From positions 1-64,000 of the IMG/VR virus record IMGVR_UViG_3300042902_000064: a stretch of 64,000 nt of DNA; one strand, given 5' to 3'. This document shows positions 55,566-60,736 of this stretch, in pieces. Made by a program: the position numbers and the translations under genes. The notes under the pieces are model-generated. The model made no database searches. It saw only the letters and a list, made by a program, of their open reading frames with translations, and had not been told where the DNA came from. Source of the DNA: a virus. How positions within the stretch are numbered: the first letter of the stretch is position 1; every line of letters begins with the position of its first letter.

Positions 55566-55660
55566 AAGTCATTGATTTATAAGGACTTTTTATTTTAATG
55601 CGATCTGAAAAATTTTATTTCTGTATAATAAACTCATAGGCAAAGACAAGGAACATTAAA

Positions 55661-55750
55661 ATGATAAAAACAATTTTTTTACTTATTATATCATACGCGG
55701 GTTTTCTCGCGTATAATGTAGGACTGGCAATTTTGCCATTATTGGGATAA
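55661..55750 (+). CDS. possible 29-aa hydrophobic mini-protein (MIKTIFLLIISYAGFLAYNVGLAILPLLG)
   Basis: Read by eye; below the track threshold. AAGGAA SD lies 7 nt upstream of the ATG. Confidence 0.35.
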   Translation: MIKTIFLLIISYAGFLAYNVGLAILPLLG

Positions 55751-55779
55751 CTCCCGCTTTTCAATCTGAGGATCTAAAA

Positions 55780-56199
55780 ATGACAACTTCAACAACTGCA
55801 ACAAAATCAGCGGTCGCCAACTATGACGCGGATACAACTAGCCAAGTGATCAAGGCGATGCAAGGCGTAAAAAACCACGCCGATCAAGTCGCCGCGATCA
55901 TTGGCTTAATGCTATCAACTGGAAAAAATAAAAGGTCTTTAACTGCTAAAATCAGCAACCTGAGCCGCGATGCAGAAAACAAGATCACGTTTTACGGGGT
56001 AGAAAAAAACACCACGAAAACAGGATCAAAGGTAGAAAGCAAAGCGATCAAGGTTCAACAGATCGAAAAATTGATCGGTGGTGGTGTTCAACTTGATAGC
56101 ATGGAGAAATGTACCAAACATGATCTAGATATTATCTTAGGTGCGCTGTCAATGACTGAGGAAGAAATCGCCGACCTTAATGACGATCAAGCAATCTAA
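55780..56199 (+). CDS. DNA-binding-like protein, paralogue of 58767-59123
   Basis: The two proteins align along their length: Y.(D/E)D.T, S(L/V)(T/R)AK(I/L), K(N/T)TK(T/S)G, (L/I)..I..L(I/M)G.....(M/L)EK.TK..L..I. Confidence 0.65.
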   Translation: MTTSTTATKSAVANYDADTTSQVIKAMQGVKNHADQVAAIIGLMLSTGKNKRSLTAKISNLSRDAENKITFYGVEKNTTKTGSKVESKAIKVQQIEKLIGGGVQLDSMEKCTKHDLDIILGALSMTEEEIADLNDDQAI

Positions 56200-56216
56200 A
56201 AACCGTTAAACCTTGC

Positions 56217-56240
56217 AAGGTCGCCGCCTTTGGCGACCTT
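56217..56240 (+). promoter_or_regulatory. intergenic 9-bp-stem hairpin (attenuator or processing site candidate)
   Basis: aaggtcgcc-gccttt-ggcgacctt. Only a weak T-run follows. Confidence 0.4.
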
Positions 56241-56259
56241 CACTTTAGGATCTAAAATT

Positions 56260-56508
56260 ATGAATAACGAAATATACGATGACTCGATAGAAAACTATAA
56301 TCAAACGATTATAACAGGACTCGAAATGGTTGCGGCGATCTTAACGGTGGCTGGCTTATACTTACTTACTATAGGCGTCGCGCTTGGGTTTATTTTAGGC
56401 GCGTTGGGTTGCGTGGCTTGGCTGATTGTTGCGTTAAGCAATAAGTTATACTATTTAGCCGCCTTAAACGTTGCCCTTTTTATTATCAACGTATCAGGTG
56501 CGATATAA
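56260..56508 (+). CDS. small integral membrane protein (about 3 TM segments)
   Basis: I place the start at ATG 56260. It is preceded by AGGATCTAAAA, the same RBS context as gene 55780. The sequence has hydrophobic stretches. Confidence 0.6.
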   Translation: MNNEIYDDSIENYNQTIITGLEMVAAILTVAGLYLLTIGVALGFILGALGCVAWLIVALSNKLYYLAALNVALFIINVSGAI

Positions 56509-57206
56509 TGAAAAAGCAATTTTATATTATAGTAGACACTGAAACGACAGAGGAAGATACGGTCGCGGACTTTGGCGCGGTGGTATGTGATCGGCACGGT
56601 GTGATCTTCCACGAGATCGGCGTACTTGTCGCGGGTGAATTTGGCGAGAAAAAACTGTTCCACGATCAGAACAGTAAATTAGAGATCTGGAACATGAGAG
56701 GCTTACAAAGAAGAACCGAAAATTATAATAGTATGCTTAACAGCGGATCGCGGGTACTGGCAAGCGTTAATGCGATCAACCGCTGGTTAGACAAAGCGAT
56801 CAGCTTATACAATCCTGAGCTGACAGCGTATAATCTAGCCTTTGATCTTGGAAAATGTGCGAATACTGGAATTGATCTCACTCGCTTTGATCGTCGTTTT
56901 TGCCTTTGGCAAGCGAGCGTGGGTAATATCTGTAACACGAAAAAATACAAAAAATTTGTTTTAGATAATCACTACTTCAACAACAGAACCGAAAAAGGCA
57001 ATATGACGATCCAAACTAGCGCGGAGCGCGTCACTCACTTTGTGACGGGCGCGGATCTTACTGAGCCGCATACAGCCTTAGAAGATGCGCGAGACTTTGA
57101 GCTAAAAATATTAAAGCACATACTAAAGAAGCGGGCTTGGCGTGAAAATATGAGACCGTATAGCTGGCACGACCATCAACTAAATAACCATTTTTCCGCT
57201 AATTAA
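56508..57206 (+). CDS. DEDDh (DnaQ-like) 3'-5' exonuclease
   Basis: Exo I IIVDTETT, Exo II AYNLAFD, Exo III HTALEDARD. Confidence 0.8.
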   Translation: MKKQFYIIVDTETTEEDTVADFGAVVCDRHGVIFHEIGVLVAGEFGEKKLFHDQNSKLEIWNMRGLQRRTENYNSMLNSGSRVLASVNAINRWLDKAISLYNPELTAYNLAFDLGKCANTGIDLTRFDRRFCLWQASVGNICNTKKYKKFVLDNHYFNNRTEKGNMTIQTSAERVTHFVTGADLTEPHTALEDARDFELKILKHILKKRAWRENMRPYSWHDHQLNNHFSAN

Positions 57207-57257
57207 ATAATCAACTAGCGCGATCCCGAAAGGGATCGCCACTTGGGGCAAAATAAA

Positions 57258-57743
57258 ATGAAAAATAAAATTATAACTTTTGATTTCGATGGCGTGCTTG
57301 CTGATAGCTCGAATCGTTACCAACTAGCAAAAACCGAACCGCACGAAAAACCACGGATCGATCTTCAACACTGGCGCGATAATTCTCATAAAGTAGCGGA
57401 GGATCTTCCTATAGCGGAAAATATCGCGCTTTATAACGCGGCGATCAAAGATCCGACCGTGGTGGTCGTTATCGCGACCGCTAGGGTATGGTGTGAACTT
57501 TCGGATCGGTGGGTCTTTGATCATCTTGATGCCTTTCCAGATTACCTGAGCCATAGGATCAACGAGGAAGATCAACGACCTGCCAACGATATAAAAGGCG
57601 TTTTTGTTGCTTCACTTTTGCAGATATACAAATCAATAAAAACGGTCGTATTTTATGATGATAATCTAGAATACTTAAAACAATTTAAGCAAGCGATACC
57701 ACACGCTGAAACGATTCATATATTGAGCAATCAAGGGTACTAG
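57258..57743 (+). CDS. HAD-superfamily 5'(3')-deoxyribonucleotidase-like phosphatase
   Basis: ITFDFDGVLADS (DxDGV motif I, as in the NT5C family DMDGVLADF). VIATAR and YDDN resemble motifs II-IV. I place the start at ATG 57258. Confidence 0.65.
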   Translation: MKNKIITFDFDGVLADSSNRYQLAKTEPHEKPRIDLQHWRDNSHKVAEDLPIAENIALYNAAIKDPTVVVVIATARVWCELSDRWVFDHLDAFPDYLSHRINEEDQRPANDIKGVFVASLLQIYKSIKTVVFYDDNLEYLKQFKQAIPHAETIHILSNQGY

Positions 57744-57746
57744 ACT

Positions 57747-57833
57747 ATGAAAATTTTCTTTTCTGGCATGGCTAAATTGATATTTTTTATTATTATCTTG
57801 TTTTTACTTGTTACTTTTACCTTACCGATCTAG
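57747..57833 (+). CDS. possible 28-aa hydrophobic mini-protein (MKIFFSGMAKLIFFIIILFLLVTFTLPI)
   Basis: Read by eye; below the track threshold. It lies 3 nt after the stop of the phosphatase gene and just before the terminator. Confidence 0.35.
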   Translation: MKIFFSGMAKLIFFIIILFLLVTFTLPI

Positions 57834-57844
57834 CACCTGAGGAC

Positions 57845-57879
57845 AAAAAAACCCGTTATTATATAGCGGGTTTTTTTTT
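57845..57879. terminator. bidirectional rho-independent terminator
   Basis: A7-acccg ... cgggt-T9. Confidence 0.7.
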
Positions 57880-57895
57880 GCCAAAAATAAAAACT

Positions 57896-57911
57896 TGGCA
57901 CGAATTTTGCG
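57896..57911 (+). promoter_or_regulatory. solitary sigma-54 -24/-12-like element TGGCACGAATTTTGCG
   Basis: Matches TGGCACG-N4-TTGC with exact GG/GC spacing. A weaker copy, TGGCATGGCGTTAGCC, lies at 57918-57933. Confidence 0.45.
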
Positions 57912-57944
57912 CCAAAATGGCATGGCGTTAGCCATTCATTATAT

Positions 57945-58033
57945 CGCGCCGTAAATGCGAATCATTCTCATTTAGATTTGCACTTAGGTTTACGCCCGCA
58001 AATGTAAATAAGAATGATTCGCATTTGGGCGCG
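57945..58033. repeat. 89-nt inverted repeat (about 33 bp of potential stem)
   Basis: Perfect 16-bp arms aaatgcgaatcattct (57953-57968) / agaatgattcgcattt (58011-58026). Extended outward by cgcgcc/ggcgcg and inward by attta/taaat and atttgc/gcaaat. Confidence 0.85.
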
Positions 58034-58104
58034 CCGAAAAATGCACGGACTCCCACGATACCATGATATCAGGTTACTTGTCCACATGCAAATTTATTTT
58101 ACCA

Positions 58105-58233
58105 TGCAAGAATCATGCCATGAAAAAACAAGCAAGAATCATGCCATGAAAAAACAAGCAAGAATCATGCCATGAAAAAACAAGCAAGAATCATGCCATG
58201 AAAAAACAAGCAAGAATCATGCCATGAAAAAAC
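58105..58233 (-). repeat. tandem array of 5 x 26 bp carrying sigma-54 -24/-12-like cores on the - strand
   Basis: + strand unit: gcaagaatcatgccatgaaaaaacaa. Its reverse complement contains TGGCATGATTCTTGC(T/A). The core is the same as in the 55.3-kb array but in inverted orientation. Confidence 0.9.
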
Positions 58234-58461
58234 GTCAATTTTTTGACGCGTCAATTTTTTGACTGTCAATTTTTTGACGCGTCATTTTTTTGACGTCAAT
58301 TTTTTGACTGTCAATTTTTTGACGCGGCATTTTTTTGACGTCAATTTTTTGACTGTCAATTTTTTGACTGTCAATTTTTTGACGCGGCATTTTTTTGACG
58401 CGTCAATTTTTTGACGCGTCATTTTTTTGACGTCAATTTTTTGACGCGTCAATTTTTTGAC
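58234..58461. repeat. 15 tandem copies of a 14-nt unit GTCAA-TTTT-TTGAC (spacers 0-2 nt)
   Basis: 11 x GTCAATTTTTTGAC, 2 x GTCATTTTTTTGAC, 2 x GGCATTTTTTTGAC. The 5-nt arms are reverse complements of each other. Confidence 0.9.
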
Positions 58462-58591
58462 GGTAGCACAAAAAGCGCAAGCTTTTTGCGCCAGTGCGCA
58501 ACTGCAATTTTTTTCAAGTGCATGAGTGCCGTGGGGGCAGGTGCGTGCAGACAGTGCCAGAGCGACATATGTCAAGTAAATATTTTTAAAC

Positions 58592-58620
58592 TTGATTATA
58601 GTTCCTGATCGGCGTATAAT
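58592..58620 (+). promoter_or_regulatory. sigma-70-like promoter TTGATT-17-TATAAT
   Basis: Hexamers at 58592-58597 and 58615-58620. Confidence 0.6.
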
Positions 58621-58680
58621 AGTATTTATCAGATGAGGAAAGTTTCAAGAAGTAAGTACCACCCAACGAAAAAATAGTTC

Positions 58681-58709
58681 TTGACTTCTGACCTCATCAA
58701 GCGTATAAT
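58681..58709 (+). promoter_or_regulatory. sigma-70-like promoter TTGACT-17-TATAAT
   Basis: Hexamers at 58681-58686 and 58704-58709, about 58 nt upstream of ATG 58767. Confidence 0.7.
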
Positions 58710-58766
58710 ATATATATTGAATTGGGAAATGGTTCCCAATCATCGAATTCCTTGGAGGAACGTACC

Positions 58767-59123
58767 ATGACTGACAAAGCTAAAGTAACAGGTGCTCGTT
58801 ATACTGAAGATCAAACACTAGAGTTGGTAGAAGCATATACAGCCGTTGAAACACAAGAAGCACGCGACGCAGTGGTATCTACTTATGCCGCTAAGTTCGA
58901 ACGCCCAGTAGCCTCCGTTAGAGCGAAGCTCGCATCTGAGCGGGTTTATGTACCTAAAGCTAAGACTACTAAATCTGGCGATCCTATCGTTCGTAAAGAC
59001 CAGCTAGTAGCTCAAATTGCCCACCTAATGGGTGAGTCAGAAGAAGCGGTTGAGTGCCTAGAAAAGGTTACTAAACCTGTACTACAAAAAATCATCACTC
59101 AACTAACTTCCCCTTGGGAGTAA
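58767..59123 (+). CDS. DNA-binding-like protein, paralogue of 55780-56199
   Basis: I place the start at ATG 58767, with a GGAGGA SD. See the alignment motifs listed for 55780-56199. The N-terminal domain also resembles the repeats of 1331-2071. Confidence 0.7.
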   Translation: MTDKAKVTGARYTEDQTLELVEAYTAVETQEARDAVVSTYAAKFERPVASVRAKLASERVYVPKAKTTKSGDPIVRKDQLVAQIAHLMGESEEAVECLEKVTKPVLQKIITQLTSPWE

Positions 59124-59141
59124 AGTTCTCTTGAACAATTA

Positions 59142-59166
59142 AGCCTGCCTTGTGCAGGTTTTTTTG
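59142..59166 (+). terminator. rho-independent terminator
   Basis: cctgc-cttgt-gcagg followed by T7. Confidence 0.7.
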
Positions 59167-59200
59167 TGCCCAAAATAAATGACCTCTCCCAGCCTGCGCC

Positions 59201-59230
59201 ATTATACGCCTCCCAAATACTTTTTGTCAA
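59201..59230 (-). promoter_or_regulatory. sigma-70 consensus hexamers TTGACA-18-TATAAT on the - strand, facing the 3' end of gene 58767-59123
   Basis: TTGACA (59230-59225), 18-nt spacer, TATAAT (59206-59201). Confidence 0.55.
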
Positions 59231-59500
59231 GTCAATTTCAAACTCAGTTTTTCAAAAGTGCATAGTCTGTTTTTGTGTAGTCTATTTATACCGCCCCCTC
59301 GGCGCCAGTGCTCAACTGTAAATTTTCAGGGCGCCCATTATAACACACAGACATACATAGTTGTCAACTGTGTTTTCCGGCAGTGGGTTGCCCAGATTTT
59401 AAGAAGAGGGAAGTCTGTCCCGTGTCCCAGGACTAGGGACACCAAGCAATTACTTTTTTGTAAATGTCAAGTATTATTTCTCCCCAATTGTATATAACTG

Positions 59501-59532
59501 CCCCTATCCGCCGCTTCGCGGCTAGACGGGGG
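59501..59532 (+). repeat. conserved ~33-nt hairpin element, copy 1
   Basis: CCCCTATCC-GCCGCTTCGCGGC-TAGAC-GGGGG: an inner GCCGC/GCGGC stem and an outer CCCC/GGGG stem. Confidence 0.6.
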
Positions 59533-59557
59533 AGATAGGTTAATATAAAGTTGGATA

Positions 59558-59595
59558 ATCCCCAATTTGGGGATCATCGTACCCAATTTGGGGAT
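59558..59595 (+). repeat. two tandem copies of (C)CCCAATTTGGGGAT
   Basis: atccccaatttggggat at 59558-59574 and tacccaatttggggat at 59580-59595. A related ccccaattg lies at 59482. Confidence 0.6.
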
Positions 59596-59858
59596 GATGT
59601 GATGAGAGCCATAGGTATACCTCTTACTTTCTGAGTTGTGAAGATTCAGGCAAAAGTGGTGTTCCCCAAACTAAGAAAACCTACAACAATTACACAATCG
59701 AGGAAGATCATATGGTGAATTATTTTTTTACAATGAGGAATTCTGAAACTTTCAAAATTTTGTGCAGGAACCGAACAAATAGGGGAAATATCGCTATTTT
59801 ACACATATCAACAATAAAACCCGTATTTAGGAAATAAGTGCCCTTTTTGAGCAGTAAT

Positions 59859-59893
59859 CCCCCTATTTGCCGCTTCGCGGCAGGTTGGGGAGG
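59859..59893 (+). repeat. conserved ~33-nt hairpin element, copy 2
   Basis: CCCCCTATTT-GCCGCTTCGCGGC-AGGTT-GGGGAGG, in the same orientation as copy 1. Confidence 0.6.
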
Positions 59894-60133
59894 TTATAGA
59901 GGTATTCTGCATATTTGGGCAGGTTATAACACTTATCTACCGTAATTCACTTGATTGGGGAATTATATGCGGTAATTTACAAAATAGCGCCGAAATTGAT
60001 CTGGCAGCGCCGATTTTCAGACTTGAAATCTTGAGCCGCTGCTTTCTAATGATTTCAGGGTAATATTCAGGGCAGATATACAGAGCTATCTAGTAGTAAG
60101 TGTGAAATCGTGCAGTACAAAACATACAGACAT

Positions 60134-60156
60134 AAAAAAGCCCCAATTAAGGGGCT
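60134..60156 (-). terminator. rho-independent terminator ending the - strand operon
   Basis: On the - strand: AGCCCC-ttaatt-GGGGCT followed by T6. Confidence 0.7.
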
Positions 60157-60162
60157 GATTGT

Positions 60163-60336
60163 TTATCTGTAGCTAGAGTCTATATACTTTTTGAGTTTTA
60201 CAACTTCACCAGCTAGCTTAGTGTTTAGTGCGGCACTTCTAGCCAGCTGGTCACTTAGTGTATCAAGGTATCCTATTGCCTTATCTAATTCAGTCTCTAG
60301 TATCTCTACACGTCCTTCAAGTGTTATGTTTGACAT
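60163..60336 (-). CDS. possible 57-aa coiled-coil protein (MSNITLEGRVEILETELDKAIGYLDTLSDQLARSAALNTKLAGEVVKLKKYIDSSYR)
   Basis: Read by eye; below the track threshold. AGGAGAA SD upstream. The terminator follows directly. Confidence 0.5.
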   Translation of the reverse strand: MSNITLEGRVEILETELDKAIGYLDTLSDQLARSAALNTKLAGEVVKLKKYIDSSYR

Positions 60337-60344
60337 ATGTTCTC

Positions 60345-60494
60345 CTAAATTATATGGTAAGGTAAAGGCTTACCTTCTAAGCATGCTATTCGTCGCTCTA
60401 AAGCAGCCTGTGCTCTTTTTGTCCTCTGTAGCTTAAACTTCAGCTCTTGTATAAGTTCTAGTGCTTCTTTTTCATTTAGTTGTCTAATACTCAT
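60345..60494 (-). CDS. possible 49-aa helical protein (MSIRQLNEKEALELIQELKFKLQRTKRAQAALERRIACLEGKPLPYHII)
   Basis: Read by eye; below the track threshold. Confidence 0.4.
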   Translation of the reverse strand: MSIRQLNEKEALELIQELKFKLQRTKRAQAALERRIACLEGKPLPYHII

Positions 60495-60663
60495 TAGTAT
60501 GTCCTTTTATAACTAAGTGAAATGGAGTTCTTGGTGGTTGCTCCCATTCAAAGGGACCCCGGTGTGTAGCTCTATCTATCTCTATGTTAAGCAGGCGTCT
60601 TTCTAAATCTGCTATAGCTTTTGACTGCTGCTCTATTAATAGTAGCATATCTTTCTTTTTCAT
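60484..60663 (-). CDS. possible 59-aa protein (MKKKDMLLLIEQQSKAIADLERRLLNIEIDRATHRGPFEWEQPPRTPFHLVIKGHTNEY)
   Basis: Read by eye; below the track threshold. GGAGGAG SD upstream. Confidence 0.45.
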   Translation of the reverse strand: MKKKDMLLLIEQQSKAIADLERRLLNIEIDRATHRGPFEWEQPPRTPFHLVIKGHTNEY

Positions 60664-60736
60664 GTATTCTCCTCCCCATCCACGCTGCTACGCAGCAAAC
60701 AAGGGCAGCAAATAGGTTAAGTAATTAGTTAATATT

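Noticed and set aside
55704-55714. TATAAT at about 55709 as a promoter for gene 55780
   Set aside because: It lies inside the 29-aa mini-ORF and has no recognisable -35 box. I could not distinguish a promoter from chance in AT-rich DNA.
56451-57575. - strand ORFs 56451-56663, 56723-56950 and 57324-57575
   Set aside because: They are antisense to the motif-supported exonuclease and phosphatase genes.
58078-58086. TTGTCCACA as a functional DnaA box or origin marker
   Set aside because: It is a single copy with one mismatch to the enterobacterial consensus. It is noted only as context for the injection-stop analogy.
55330-58461. CRISPR-array interpretation of the 28-bp, 26-bp and 14-bp repeat arrays
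   Set aside because: The units abut head to tail, or are separated by only 0-2 nt. There are no unique spacers and no cas genes in the window.
58282-58575. 97-aa - strand ORF rich in KKLTVKKLT repeats
   Set aside because: It is simply the translation of the GTCAA-T4-TTGAC tandem array. It has no SD, and its periodic sequence mirrors the DNA repeat.
59258-59497. 79-aa + strand ORF in the ORF-free region
   Set aside because: The start is non-ATG, there is no SD, and the composition is Cys/Arg-rich and low-complexity. It spans hairpins and repeats.
60191-60436. 81-aa + strand ORF
   Set aside because: It is antisense to two better-supported small - strand ORFs that have SD sequences and a terminator.
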